Below the pieces are notes generated by a model. The model saw only the letters and a list, made by a program, of their open reading frames with translations. It had not been told where the DNA came from and did no database searches. Shown piece by piece: positions 1 through 10,193 of a stretch of DNA of 64,000 nucleotides. Every line of letters starts with the position of its first letter. Position 1 is the stretch's first letter. The translations under genes and the position numbers were made by a program. This DNA comes from Minisyncoccota bacterium (GTDB taxonomy: Bacteria; Patescibacteriota; Minisyncoccia; Phycocordibacterales; UBA1006). The stretch spans positions 537,080-601,079 of the forward strand of contig DASWYC010000002.1 of assembly GCA_036405175.1 (NCBI GenBank). Direction: 5' to 3'.

Positions 1-67
1 AAATTTTCTTTTTCTATAAAAGCCTTTGATGCTCTCATCAAAGGCTTTTATCTTTTATTTAAATTTA

Positions 68-3000
68 CTAATAACTTAGATTATAGGCACTTGGATCATA
101 ATCCGCAGTTGATTTTGTGGTATAGAACTTAGAACATGAGAATCCTTGGAAATATTTATTTGGTGGATTACGTGCAGTATCTAATTTCCCGCTAATACCA
201 AACTTATCAGTTAGTGCACCCTTAAGATCTCTAAAAGCACCGACAAGGTCACCCAACCCTAACGCATTAGCGGCAACCTGCTGAATACCCATCACGGTGT
301 CAAATATCTTATCAGCCTTTGCAGCCCTTACAAGTTCTGGTGGCGGCTTACCGAATTCAAGACCTGCAATATATGGTGCATTATCACCTGCAAGATACCC
401 AGCAACACAGTAGTAAGATATTTCATTATCTTGTGCCTCATTTGCAATTTGAGTCAAAGAAGCAATATTTAACCCCATAATAGCTTTATCAATAGCACTA
501 TTATCAGTAGTGCGCACTGTTTGATATTCCCCACCAGATGTATAATTTCCAGATACACCTGTAGTTATTGTTCCGCCAGAACCATTAGCATCTCTTATAC
601 CTTCACAATATTGCTGGTTGGCATAAACCTCATTACCATTCCCGTCTGTTTCTTTTCTAAAGAAATAAGCTTTATCGATAGGAGTTGTCTCATCTGCCCA
701 TGGCCAAGGCGCCCCTGCAATAAGCGATCTGCAGGCTTTAGCGTCATTACTTTCAGGGTTTGCTGGAGAAATGGCTGATGCATTGATTGATATTGAATCT
801 TTTGACCCATCAATGAGCTTGCTATCTACCTTGATAGTACCCGCCTTTAATAACTCATTATAATACACCTGAGCATCAATTCCATTTCTTCCATTTCCAT
901 AATATGATTCTAGATACGCAATTTGCTCAGGACTAAACGTAACGTCAGGGATCTCTCCTGGGAGTGGGGCGGTTGGATCAAAATTCAAACGTTTAAGAAT
1001 TTCACGTGAATAGAGTTCTGAGTTTGGATTAATTGCTTTCCATGCTGAATAAATAAGTGCTGACTCGCGACTATTAAGATAGTTGTTCGCATTACGCTGC
1101 TTAATACAATCTTTGTTTGCCTTAATAACACTTGTTAGAAAGTCGAGTGTTTCAGCAAGCTGAGCTTCTGATTCTGCATTAGTTTCTGTATACCCAGAAT
1201 AGGACTCAAGCTCTTGAAGAAGTTTTAAGGTGTATCGAGGACCAATAGGTAAATTAGTTCCTGGCTCAGTACCCTGTTCCCAGATACTCTTAATTTCAAC
1301 CATGCGATCATACACCTTGAGATATCTACTCAACAATCCTTCTGCCTCTTTTTTGCGGGTAAATATGGTATCTGCTTGATCTACAAGACTTTTATACGAT
1401 GATCCACCCCTCACCGACATCATATCGACAGGGTTATTAATTTTCTTTTCTATATATGCGTTAATATCATTAAAACCAGAATCCAGACGTTGTGCATACT
1501 GTTCATAGAGAGGCACTTGGTATGTTCCATCTGCATTTTTTTGAAGTGTTCCACCGCTCGTCTCAGCAATGCGAGCGGTCAAAGCATTTCGTGAAGTAGT
1601 ATATGCTGTTGCAAAGCGACTTTCCCATCCTTTATCTGGACCCGGAATACAGATATCAAGCTTTCTTAGGTATGGAATCGCTTCTCCAATAACACGAGCA
1701 GCAATGTCGAGCTGTTCAATTTGCGTTTTTACAAGAGCAATCTTACTAAAGCCGCAGGTTTGACCAATACTTGCAAGGTCAGCATAGGTTTGTACATTTG
1801 ATGGAGCCAGCTTATACAAATCTCCCAACGTAGCAAAATCACCCGTATTATACTGAACAATATTAGCATTGATTTCATCAATAAATGGCTTAGCCAATCC
1901 AGCCTCTTTGAGACATTTCTCCATTTCTGGTGTCATGGTTGTTTCCAGGTCCTCATCAATAGATTGTCCGCTTAAATAGATCTCATTTGAATCGTATGAT
2001 TCTGGTGCTTCTGCAAGAAGTTTTTTGATTTGCTCTTGGGTAAAGATTTTTGCTCTATCAACCCCCTCCGCAACAGTCTTGCGTGCCCAATTTACTCCAA
2101 GACTAGTACCCTGCTTGGTCAATTCATCTGCAAGGGTTGTCATAGTGCTACTTAAAAGCTCATACCATGTATCAATGTTTTGTGCCTGTTCATTTGGAGT
2201 ATCAGCAGCTTTTTTAAACGCAGACTCTACCAGTGATCCTGGCAATGTAGTTGCATAGACAGCACACTCTTCTGGTTTTGCATATCGTGCATTTGCTATA
2301 GCATTTGGATCAGCAGCATCTTCATTGCTTGGTATTATCGCAAAATTTGGTTTTTGTTGTCCATTTTCATCATATGTATAATCTCCTATTTTAATATCTT
2401 TATTTTTCTTTTTTGAAATTAACCTTAAACATTCTTGCTGACCCTGGAATCCATTATTAAGCTGAAGATTTTTATCAACCACCTGCTGATTAGCAACGAT
2501 GGCCTTATTAATAGACTCTCTTGTTGTAAAGTATTCACCAAATAGATTACCTGAAGGCTTACTGAGTACCTGGTATTTTGACCAGAATCCAGTGAGGTTT
2601 TCTTTGCGAGCTTGAGCAGTAGGATTCCCATATCCCACACCTGTCAAGAATTTTGTCCATTTGGTTTTCTCCTGAATATTATTTCTAATGAAGGCATTGA
2701 TCTTATTAGTACTTGGATTGGTTGACTTCCCCGTATACTCAGAAATAAGCCCTAGAAGTATTTTTTTTGTATACGCACTCGCATATTCAGCAGTTGCATA
2801 TTCTTCAAGCTTCTGACGGAAGACTTTAGATTGTGCATTCTGATAGGTTAATTCCAAGTTCTGTATAAAGCTAGGTTTTCCATCAAAGCCAGTATATGCC
2901 CAAGAAACAACAGATTTAAGATTTTTATTGATGAAGCTCTGTGCAAGATTAAAAGCAATTTTATCAAATACTTTCAAGTCCAAAGAATTGCTTTTCTGCA

Positions 3001-3181
3001 TTGCATTACTTGTATTTGCAAGCGCCGCGATTTGAGGAAGATATTTATCGAGAGAAAGGCTGTTTGAGGTTGATTGAGCAGTTGCAAAGCGCGTACCATT
3101 TATAATACCAATCACAAAAGCAAATAATGTTGTTGTAACAAGAAGAGACGCTATTGTTTTTTTGTAGAATTTATTATTCAT
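68..3181 (-). CDS. Large secreted/membrane-anchored hypothetical protein (1037 aa)
   Basis: Long ORF with N-terminal signal/TM segment (KKTIASLLVTTTLFAFVIGII) and scattered Cys; no recognisable catalytic motif. Confidence 0.8.
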   Translation of the reverse strand: MNNKFYKKTIASLLVTTTLFAFVIGIINGTRFATAQSTSNSLSLDKYLPQIAALANTSNAMQKSNSLDLKVFDKIAFNLAQSFINKNLKSVVSWAYTGFDGKPSFIQNLELTYQNAQSKVFRQKLEEYATAEYASAYTKKILLGLISEYTGKSTNPSTNKINAFIRNNIQEKTKWTKFLTGVGYGNPTAQARKENLTGFWSKYQVLSKPSGNLFGEYFTTRESINKAIVANQQVVDKNLQLNNGFQGQQECLRLISKKKNKDIKIGDYTYDENGQQKPNFAIIPSNEDAADPNAIANARYAKPEECAVYATTLPGSLVESAFKKAADTPNEQAQNIDTWYELLSSTMTTLADELTKQGTSLGVNWARKTVAEGVDRAKIFTQEQIKKLLAEAPESYDSNEIYLSGQSIDEDLETTMTPEMEKCLKEAGLAKPFIDEINANIVQYNTGDFATLGDLYKLAPSNVQTYADLASIGQTCGFSKIALVKTQIEQLDIAARVIGEAIPYLRKLDICIPGPDKGWESRFATAYTTSRNALTARIAETSGGTLQKNADGTYQVPLYEQYAQRLDSGFNDINAYIEKKINNPVDMMSVRGGSSYKSLVDQADTIFTRKKEAEGLLSRYLKVYDRMVEIKSIWEQGTEPGTNLPIGPRYTLKLLQELESYSGYTETNAESEAQLAETLDFLTSVIKANKDCIKQRNANNYLNSRESALIYSAWKAINPNSELYSREILKRLNFDPTAPLPGEIPDVTFSPEQIAYLESYYGNGRNGIDAQVYYNELLKAGTIKVDSKLIDGSKDSISINASAISPANPESNDAKACRSLIAGAPWPWADETTPIDKAYFFRKETDGNGNEVYANQQYCEGIRDANGSGGTITTGVSGNYTSGGEYQTVRTTDNSAIDKAIMGLNIASLTQIANEAQDNEISYYCVAGYLAGDNAPYIAGLEFGKPPPELVRAAKADKIFDTVMGIQQVAANALGLGDLVGAFRDLKGALTDKFGISGKLDTARNPPNKYFQGFSCSKFYTTKSTADYDPSAYNLSY

Positions 3182-3209
3182 ATGCGTTATTGCTATGCTT
3201 CATTATACG

Positions 3210-4115
3210 CTATTGGGATTCACCCCACGTCTTCATGGCTGTGAGTAATGAAGAATATGCACCATAATATTTAGTAAAGGCCTCATTAATTGTTGCAAGT
3301 GAAGTAATAGAAAGTATTGGATCATTACTTTCTCTAAGAAGATAGTTGAGTTTTGTACGTACATCAACCACTGCGTTAAGCAATGCAAGATGTTGAGATA
3401 CCCACATTTCTGGAGGTGTGCTTCCTACTAGTATTTTTTCTAGACTAAACAAGTTATCACGAACATATGAAAGCTTTTGAGCTGCTACTGCCTCAACAGA
3501 TTCTGAGTTAATTGATTTAAAATCTTCTTGCGAAACAAAAGTAGACTGAAGAAACGGCATTGTAAGATTTATGTACTTATAAAATGATTCTCTGTAGTTA
3601 GATAGGTATCGTATATCAGCTGTTGTGTATACTTTTGAAACTTGTGTTGCTTTAATACTATCAACTAACGCCTCTGCACCGGTCTGAGGGTCTCCAGATA
3701 GTGATGGGTCTTTTGAAATCTTGAAAGTACTCATCGCAAATTCTTCAGTTTTATCAGGTTTGATTCCAATATCAGGTGCACTGTAATCAATAATATTATC
3801 TACAAAAATCTTATCACTTGTGCCTTCTCCAAAGCTTGATTTTGAGTTTGGATCAAGTCCATAAATATTCTCTTGCCAGTCAGGCACCCCGTCGCCATCA
3901 GTATCAAGGGTTTCAAAGTCAATAGAATCAAGCGCTTTCTGAATTTGTTCATCAAGCTTCTTGTCTTCTTCTGCAGAAATTACATCGGGAGTTGTTAATC
4001 CTCCTAAAATTTTTACATTACGCTTTTTGAGTACTAAAAAAACTGCAATTAAGATAATTATCGCAGCAATCCCCAATGTGATGTAGAGGAATTTCCTTGC
4101 AGTCTTTTTATCCAT
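3210..4115 (-). CDS. Membrane-anchored protein with a Ca-binding thrombospondin type 3-like motif
   Basis: N-terminal TM helix; DTDGDGVPDWQENIYGLDP motif. Confidence 0.75.
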   Translation of the reverse strand: MDKKTARKFLYITLGIAAIIILIAVFLVLKKRNVKILGGLTTPDVISAEEDKKLDEQIQKALDSIDFETLDTDGDGVPDWQENIYGLDPNSKSSFGEGTSDKIFVDNIIDYSAPDIGIKPDKTEEFAMSTFKISKDPSLSGDPQTGAEALVDSIKATQVSKVYTTADIRYLSNYRESFYKYINLTMPFLQSTFVSQEDFKSINSESVEAVAAQKLSYVRDNLFSLEKILVGSTPPEMWVSQHLALLNAVVDVRTKLNYLLRESNDPILSITSLATINEAFTKYYGAYSSLLTAMKTWGESQ

Positions 4116-4159
4116 GCAATTAGTATATCACCCACTATCTATAAAATTTTCTTTTAAAA

Positions 4160-4933
4160 TTACAAATCCCCAAGTGCGGTCACTATCTCATGTCCTGTTT
4201 CGGTAATGATTACCGTATGTTCAAAGTGTGCCGCGGGTTTTTTATCTCGCGTAATCACGGTGTATTGATCATCTTGAAAGATCACGTCTTCTGTTCCAAG
4301 GGTAAATTGAGGCTCAATAGCAATAACCATGCCAGGTACCAATAATTCTCCACGCTTCTTGCGTCCATAGTTAGGAATATAGGGATCTTCATGAATAAAG
4401 CGCCCAACACCATGCCCTACCAACTCACGCACAATACCAACGCGTTTATCTACAAACTTTTCAATTGCATAACCAATATCCCCCACCGTGTTTCCGGGAA
4501 TCGCTTCAGCAATACCAATCGCTAGTGCATCTTCGGTAATAGCTACTAAATCACGTACTTCTTTAGTTGTTTTTCCAACAATTACCGTGCGAGCATGATC
4601 AGTAAAGGTGTTTTTCCATTTAACGCCACAATCAATTGAAACAACATCCCCTTCTTTAATTACGCGCCCACCGGGAATCCCATGTACAACTTCTTCATTT
4701 ACAGATACACAGAGTGTTTTTGGATAGCTCTTAGAAACACCGCTCGGACGATAACCCTTAAATGCTGGCTCGGCACCATATTTTATGATTTCTGCTTCTG
4801 CCAAGGCATCAAGCTCGTCAGTAGTGATGCCAATTTTCACATTTTGAATCACGTATTCAACAACACGCGCCAAAATCTGCCCTCCTTCACGAATGGCACT
4901 TAGTTCTTCTGGGGTTTTGATGATGATTCCCAT
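4160..4933 (-). CDS. map: Methionine aminopeptidase type I
   Basis: SVNEEVVHGIP, GHGVG, IAIEP, AAHFEHT motifs; follows adk. Confidence 0.97.
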   Translation of the reverse strand: MGIIIKTPEELSAIREGGQILARVVEYVIQNVKIGITTDELDALAEAEIIKYGAEPAFKGYRPSGVSKSYPKTLCVSVNEEVVHGIPGGRVIKEGDVVSIDCGVKWKNTFTDHARTVIVGKTTKEVRDLVAITEDALAIGIAEAIPGNTVGDIGYAIEKFVDKRVGIVRELVGHGVGRFIHEDPYIPNYGRKKRGELLVPGMVIAIEPQFTLGTEDVIFQDDQYTVITRDKKPAAHFEHTVIITETGHEIVTALGDL

Positions 4934-4979
4934 ATTCTACACATCCTACACGATATAAACACAATCTCAAAATATCATT

Positions 4980-5579
4980 CTATTCAGAAAATAAAGCCTC
5001 GCTCATACTTTTAAACACTTCTTCCGGTGTTCCATTTCCATCAATCTCATGAAAATGATAGTTTCTATAGTCTTTTAAGAGCGAAAGTGCGGGCAACGTA
5101 TGCCAATCAAACCATTCAAGACGGGTCATAATTCCTTGTTCAGTATCATCTTTCCGATTCCGCGCCTTCATGCGCTTCATGCAATTTTCTTTTGAGGTAT
5201 TCAAATACACAATATGAATATTAAAGCGTTCAAAGAATTGAAGAGCTTGTTCAGCAATAAGCACCTCTTCTTGGCGACGGCAAAAACCATCTAAAATAAT
5301 GTCTGATTCTTTTTTAGCACTCGTTAAAAGTTTATGAGTCCATGACCAGATAGGCAGACATGCTGGCATAAGGCGGCCATGATCAATATTAAATTTCACC
5401 AGATGTCCTCCATAGGTATCCATTTCAGCTGCTTCACGCAACAATTCTCCAGTTTCAACCTTTACCACATGACGTTTGCGCTTTTCTAGAAACTCTTTTA
5501 AAAGTTTTGCTTGTGTTCCCTTTCCTGCTCCTGATCGTCCAAATAACAAAATTGTAAACGGTTCCTGAGGAGACAACAT
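4980..5579 (-). CDS. adk: Adenylate kinase, short form (LID apparently reduced)
   Basis: GRSGAGKGTQ P-loop, ETGELLR, ILDGFCR; lies between secY and map; start moved to ATG at 5579. Confidence 0.88.
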   Translation of the reverse strand: MLSPQEPFTILLFGRSGAGKGTQAKLLKEFLEKRKRHVVKVETGELLREAAEMDTYGGHLVKFNIDHGRLMPACLPIWSWTHKLLTSAKKESDIILDGFCRRQEEVLIAEQALQFFERFNIHIVYLNTSKENCMKRMKARNRKDDTEQGIMTRLEWFDWHTLPALSLLKDYRNYHFHEIDGNGTPEEVFKSMSEALFSE

Positions 5580-5685
5580 ATCAGATTTATTATAACAAAC
5601 CATTTTCCAATAACTGGATTCAGCTCTGATTGTATTGCATGAATAACTAAATTCAAAAGAATCGATTTAGTTATTTTGCTTTAGG

Positions 5686-5810
5686 GCTTATATGGTTTCT
5701 GAGTAGTCGCGCAGCGGCTGATAGGGAGCGCTATTGCGCAGCTTTGGCGCGACCATATCAGACCGTGAGCGTAGGCTCGGTAGAGGCCGCTACGAAGAAA
5801 CCATATAAGC
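5686..5810 (+). repeat. Structured intergenic repeat, copy 1 of 5
   Basis: Core GTAGTCGCGCAGCGGCTGATA...TATCAGACCGTGAGCGTAGG...GCCGCTAC inside a perfect 15-bp IR GCTTATATGGTTTCT/AGAAACCATATAAGC. Confidence 0.92.
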
Positions 5811-5874
5811 TCATAATTCTAAATAATAACAAAAACCCCACTCTTTCGAGTAGGATTTTTTAGTTTCAATACAA

Positions 5875-7149
5875 TTAGAGCTGTCCAAGTTCCAAGTAGG
5901 CATCAACCTTCTTGATAACATCAGTAATCACGTTAACCGCAATCAATACCGAGGTTCCTCCAATAGCAAACAACTGCATGTTGGTTGCGTTTTGGATGAT
6001 AACTGGCAATACTGCAATGAGTCCTAAGAAGATAGAACCAAATACGGTGATGCGAGTAAGGATATTACCAATGTGCTCAGCAGTGTCTTCTCCTGGGCGA
6101 ACGCCTGGAATAAAGGCACCGTTCTTTTGGAGGTTTTCTGACATTGATTCTACATCAACCGTAACAGCGGTATAGAAGAAGGTAAAGATTACCACCAACA
6201 AGAAATATGTGAGCGGATACCAAATATGAGTTTGAGAGAACATTTCAAATGCACGCAATACATTATATGCGGTTCCCGTAGTACTCGTACCTACAATAAG
6301 GCGCAAGATAAACTGTGGGAACAACAAGATTGCTGGTGCAAAGATGATTGGCATCACTCCGGTCATGTTGATACGGAGTGGAATATAGCTTGATACACCA
6401 CCAAACATATTTCCGCTGCGTGTTGACTTAGCATATACAATTGGCACTGGACGTTCAGCCTCAGTTACATACGTAATACCTGCAACAATGATTACCAAGA
6501 GGAGCAAAAGCCCAATGTACATTGGCAACATTTGAGGGGTATATGTGAGCGACGCTTGTGAGACGATACGAGGAATTGATGCCACGATTCCGGCGAACAC
6601 CAGCATTGAGGTTCCATTTCCAATACCGTACTCGGTTAAGAGTTCTCCAATCCACATTGCCAATACTGACCCTGCGGTAATGATGAGCATGTTTGAAAGC
6701 ATGATCATCGGCGTCATATTTGGAATAACTCCTTGCTTAGACAAAAGCAACAAGAATGCGAGTCCCTGGATGAGTGCCAATGGCACGGTCAACCAACGCG
6801 TATAATTGTTGAATTTCTTGCGACCAATACTTCCCTCTTCGTGATACATCTTTTTGAGTGATGGAATCATCACCGTCATAAGCTGCAAAATAATAGAAGC
6901 GGTAATATATGGCCCAATTCCGAGCATTCCAAGAGAAAGGGTTGAAAGTCCTCCTCCTGAGAAGATGTTAATGAGTCCAAGGAACTGATTGGCATTCAAG
7001 AAATTTTGAATCTGAGATGCATCAATTCCAGGGATTGGAATATTTGAGAGCAATCTAAACGCAAAGAAACCAATCAAGATAGCCAAAAACTTTGCAAGAA
7101 TTCGTTTATCGCGGAACATTGCGGCAATTTTAGAGGTGGCTATATTCAT
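5875..7149 (-). CDS. secY: Preprotein translocase SecY
   Basis: LGIGPYITASII, GIGNGTS, GVMPIIFA, FIPGVRPG, IGGTSVLI; multi-TM. Confidence 0.98.
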   Translation of the reverse strand: MNIATSKIAAMFRDKRILAKFLAILIGFFAFRLLSNIPIPGIDASQIQNFLNANQFLGLINIFSGGGLSTLSLGMLGIGPYITASIILQLMTVMIPSLKKMYHEEGSIGRKKFNNYTRWLTVPLALIQGLAFLLLLSKQGVIPNMTPMIMLSNMLIITAGSVLAMWIGELLTEYGIGNGTSMLVFAGIVASIPRIVSQASLTYTPQMLPMYIGLLLLLVIIVAGITYVTEAERPVPIVYAKSTRSGNMFGGVSSYIPLRINMTGVMPIIFAPAILLFPQFILRLIVGTSTTGTAYNVLRAFEMFSQTHIWYPLTYFLLVVIFTFFYTAVTVDVESMSENLQKNGAFIPGVRPGEDTAEHIGNILTRITVFGSIFLGLIAVLPVIIQNATNMQLFAIGGTSVLIAVNVITDVIKKVDAYLELGQL

Positions 7150-7165
7150 ATCATTTCTTGGTTAT

Positions 7166-7603
7166 TTATTCTGTAATGATACCAGAAGCGGCGATAATTG
7201 CATCCTTTGCTTTTTGAGAAACCTCAAGTCCTTCAAAGGTAAGCTTTTTGGTAAGGGTTCCAAAAGAAAGAACTTTTACCGGAAGGGTGCGAAGCTCTTT
7301 ATAGCTTACGAGTCCCTTTTCGTAGAGAGTTACCGGATTTACGGTTTCTCCTGCATCAAAGTTCTTATCAATTTTTGAAAGGTTAATACCAAGTGGCTTT
7401 ACGCGGATTGAGTTAAACTTGTATCCACGAAGCTTAGGCAAACGTTTAATGATATCACGCATTTCAGGACGCATACTTGCTCCTGCGCGTGCGGTTTGTC
7501 CTTTACCACCACGTCCCGAGGTTTTACCTCGCTTTCCTCCGCGTCCGATACGCTTAGAATCGGTTTGAGAGTTCTGTTGTGATCGAGTGAGTGTGTGCAA
7601 CAT
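7166..7603 (-). CDS. rplO: 50S ribosomal protein L15
   Basis: RIGRGGKRGKTSGRGGKGQTARAG, RLPKLRG. Confidence 0.96.
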   Translation of the reverse strand: MLHTLTRSQQNSQTDSKRIGRGGKRGKTSGRGGKGQTARAGASMRPEMRDIIKRLPKLRGYKFNSIRVKPLGINLSKIDKNFDAGETVNPVTLYEKGLVSYKELRTLPVKVLSFGTLTKKLTFEGLEVSQKAKDAIIAASGIITE

Positions 7604-7612
7604 ACTTTCACT

Positions 7613-8311
7613 TTATTGGTTATCACCGCGTGGGCGGCGAGGTGCGGCTGACTTATCATCATCTCCTTCTGTGTAGGCAGTCATCTTTGGTGCACCGCGA
7701 CTAATTACAAAAGGTTCAAGAGCCTTAATGGTTGCGCGAGCAATGTTGAGGCTGTTCTTTGATGGTGAGATAACTTTTCCTGAAACATCCTGGATTCCAG
7801 CAAATTCCATAACGGTACGAAGTGATGATCCTGCCACCAATCCGCGTCCGTAGTTTGGACGAAGCTCAACGCGTGCTGAGTTTGCTTTTGCTGATACAGA
7901 GTGTTCGATTGAGAAGTCATTCGTAAGCTTAAGGTTGATCATGTTCTTGCGAGCATCGTTATATGCCTTATCAATTGCAAGAGCTGTATCTTGTCCTTTT
8001 CCTACTCCTACTCCTACAGATCCACGCTTGTTTCCAATAATAAGCACGATTGAGAAACTAAAGCGGCGTCCTCCTTTTACCACACGGGTAACGCGACGAG
8101 CTGAAATCATTTTCTGATCAAAGTCCGGCTTTACCTTTTCGCGCGCAACTTTACCACGTGGTCCGCGTCGGTCACCATCTTTTCCAAGACGTGCGCGTCC
8201 GCCACGAGGAGCTCCTCCTTGTGGACGTCGTCCACCGCGAGCTGGTCCACCTTGTTGAGGTGCTGCTGCTGGGGTTACTGGAGCTACTGGGGTTGTTTGT
8301 TGTTCTTCCAT
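7613..8311 (-). CDS. rpsE: 30S ribosomal protein S5 with low-complexity N- and C-terminal extensions
   Basis: RRVTRVVKGGRRFSFS, GVGVGKG; start moved to MEEQQ at 8311. Confidence 0.96.
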   Translation of the reverse strand: MEEQQTTPVAPVTPAAAPQQGGPARGGRRPQGGAPRGGRARLGKDGDRRGPRGKVAREKVKPDFDQKMISARRVTRVVKGGRRFSFSIVLIIGNKRGSVGVGVGKGQDTALAIDKAYNDARKNMINLKLTNDFSIEHSVSAKANSARVELRPNYGRGLVAGSSLRTVMEFAGIQDVSGKVISPSKNSLNIARATIKALEPFVISRGAPKMTAYTEGDDDKSAAPRRPRGDNQ

Positions 8312-8315
8312 ATAT

Positions 8316-8669
8316 TTAGAATTGAAGACCGTTTTCACGAGCTTTTTCAGCGAGTGAAGCGATTCGACCGGTATATTTAAATCCACCACGATCAAATGAA
8401 ACAGTAGTGATCTTTGCTTTCTTTGCTGCATCAGCAATAAGCTTTCCTACCATTTCTGCACGTGCGGTTTTAGTAAGGGTTTCTTTTACTCCCATATCAT
8501 TAGCTGCTGCAAGGGTTACTCCTTTGGCATCATCAATGATTTGAGCGTAAATAAATTTATTAGAGCGAAATACAGAAAGACGTGGGCGTGCTTCTGTCCC
8601 AGTTACCTGTGAACGGATACGCTTGTGGCGTCGTACTCGCTTCTCGGTTTTACTATTGTTGAGTTTCAT
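8316..8669 (-). CDS. rplR: 50S ribosomal protein L18
   Basis: RPRLSVFRSNKFIYAQIIDD, FDRGGFKYTGRI. Confidence 0.97.
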   Translation of the reverse strand: MKLNNSKTEKRVRRHKRIRSQVTGTEARPRLSVFRSNKFIYAQIIDDAKGVTLAAANDMGVKETLTKTARAEMVGKLIADAAKKAKITTVSFDRGGFKYTGRIASLAEKARENGLQF

Positions 8670-8691
8670 ACATTAGATTTACGAGAGAAGA

Positions 8692-9228
8692 CTATACGTT
8701 CTTCTTTCCTTGCTTACGTCTAATAATTTCTCCGTCATAGTGGAATCCCTTACCTTTGTATGGTTCAGGTTTCTTAAGAGCGCGAATTGAAGCAGCAAAC
8801 TGTCCAACTGCGGCCTTATCGATTCCAGTAATAGTGAGGTTGTTCTTTTCGGTTGCGGCAGTAATTCCTGCAGGGATTGGAACTGATACTGGATGTGAAA
8901 ATCCAAGTGCCATATCTACATTTTTCCCTACGACATTTACCTTGTATCCGATTCCATCAAGAATAAGTTTTTTGGTGTAGCCTTTGGTTACTCCCTCAAT
9001 CATATTGCGCACGAGCGCAGCATAGGTTCCAAGAAGTGCTCGTCCAAAAACAGTATTTTTGTTGAGCGTAAACACAACACCTTCTGCATTGGTTTCTACT
9101 GAAACTTCATTATGAATGAAAATTTGTTTGAGTTCTCCAAGAGGACCTTTTACCGTAATAGTTTTATCAGCAAGAGTTGCTGTTACTCCGGCAGGAAGTG
9201 CCATTGGCTTTTTTGCAAGACGTGACAT
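8692..9228 (-). CDS. rplF: 50S ribosomal protein L6
   Basis: MSRLAKKP start at 9228; VKGPLGEL, KPEPYKGKG. Confidence 0.97.
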   Translation of the reverse strand: MSRLAKKPMALPAGVTATLADKTITVKGPLGELKQIFIHNEVSVETNAEGVVFTLNKNTVFGRALLGTYAALVRNMIEGVTKGYTKKLILDGIGYKVNVVGKNVDMALGFSHPVSVPIPAGITAATEKNNLTITGIDKAAVGQFAASIRALKKPEPYKGKGFHYDGEIIRRKQGKKNV

Positions 9229-9232
9229 AGGC

Positions 9233-9625
9233 TTACCAAATTTCAAACAAGATTTCACCTCCAACGTGTTCAGCTCGCGCTTGATCACCGGTCATTACAC
9301 CTTTTGGAGTTGAGAGGATCACACGACCATATCCTTCTTTAATAGTTACAATATCTTTCACACCTGCATACAAGCGACGTGAAAGCTTTGAAATACGACG
9401 AACATCGTGAATCTTGTGATTTCCGCGATCATCGTATGCGAGAGTTACCTCAAGAACATCTCCTCCTTTTTTACGAGTTTTCTTCTCGTATGCTGAAATG
9501 TATCCAGCATCAAGGAGTGTCTTCATGATATCTTTCATGAAGTTGGTATAAGGAAGCAAAACAGTACCCTTCTTCGCAACACCTCCGTTCTTGAGCGTGA
9601 TGATTGCATTAGCAATTTTATCCAT
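9233..9625 (-). CDS. rpsH: 30S ribosomal protein S8
   Basis: RRISKLSRRLY, ILSTPKGVMTG, VGGEIL. Confidence 0.96.
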   Translation of the reverse strand: MDKIANAIITLKNGGVAKKGTVLLPYTNFMKDIMKTLLDAGYISAYEKKTRKKGGDVLEVTLAYDDRGNHKIHDVRRISKLSRRLYAGVKDIVTIKEGYGRVILSTPKGVMTGDQARAEHVGGEILFEIW

Positions 9626-9648
9626 ACGCTATTAATTGGTCAGAGAGT

Positions 9649-9834
9649 CTACCATGATGACTTTCGTACTCCTGGAAGCATTCCTTCGTTCGCGAGTTCG
9701 CGGAAACAAATGCGACAAAGATCGAAATCACGCATGTATCCTCTACCACGTCCACAACGGAAGCAACGACTCTTCTGACGAGTAGAGAACTTTGCCTTCT
9801 TAAGAGAACGTACAAATACTGACGTTTTTGCCAT
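9649..9834 (-). CDS. rpsN: 30S ribosomal protein S14, zinc-binding type
   Basis: 61 aa; RCFRCGR...[10 protein letters not shown]...KSSW. Confidence 0.97.
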   Translation of the reverse strand: MAKTSVFVRSLKKAKFSTRQKSRCFRCGRGRGYMRDFDLCRICFRELANEGMLPGVRKSSW

Positions 9835-9988
9835 AATTATATATAAAGCGACCGCACCCCTACTGTGCGTAGTGGCGCATTAATTGATAACAGAGACGAT
9901 ATCTTCGTGATAATTGAGAACTATTCAAGTGTTTCTGCGTGAAATCTTGAGTGAGTTTTCATGTGCCACGGATCCTTCTCTAGGGAAA

Positions 9989-10017
9989 ATACTAACAAAT
10001 TTAAGTGGTTTTGTCAA
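9989..10017 (-). promoter_or_regulatory. Sigma70-type promoter upstream of rpsN
   Basis: Minus strand TTGACA-17 nt-TAGTAT with TG extension, about 150 nt upstream of rpsN. Confidence 0.6.
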
Positions 10018-10042
10018 AAAGTTAGTCATGAGCCAACTTCTC

Positions 10043-10167
10043 AACCCTAGCCATGAGAGCAGTCGCGGAAACTGCCGATAGGGAGCGCTGTTGCGTAGCT
10101 TCGGCGCGACCATATCGGACAGTTGAGCGGAGGGCCGGTAGAGCCCGCTGCGATCATGGCCAGGGTT
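10043..10167 (+). repeat. Structured intergenic repeat, copy 2 of 5 (most diverged core)
   Basis: Core GCAGTCGCGGAAACTGCCGATA...TATCGGACAGTTGAGCGGAGGGC...GCCCGCTGC inside a 14-bp IR with one mismatch (AACCCTAGCCATGA/TCATGGCCAGGGTT). Confidence 0.9.
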
Positions 10168-10193
10168 AAATTTGCTCATGATATACTTTCCTC

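Noticed and set aside
7604-7612. Missing rpmD (L30) between rpsE and rplO
   Set aside because: Real, but an established CPR trait, so useful for taxonomy and not novel.
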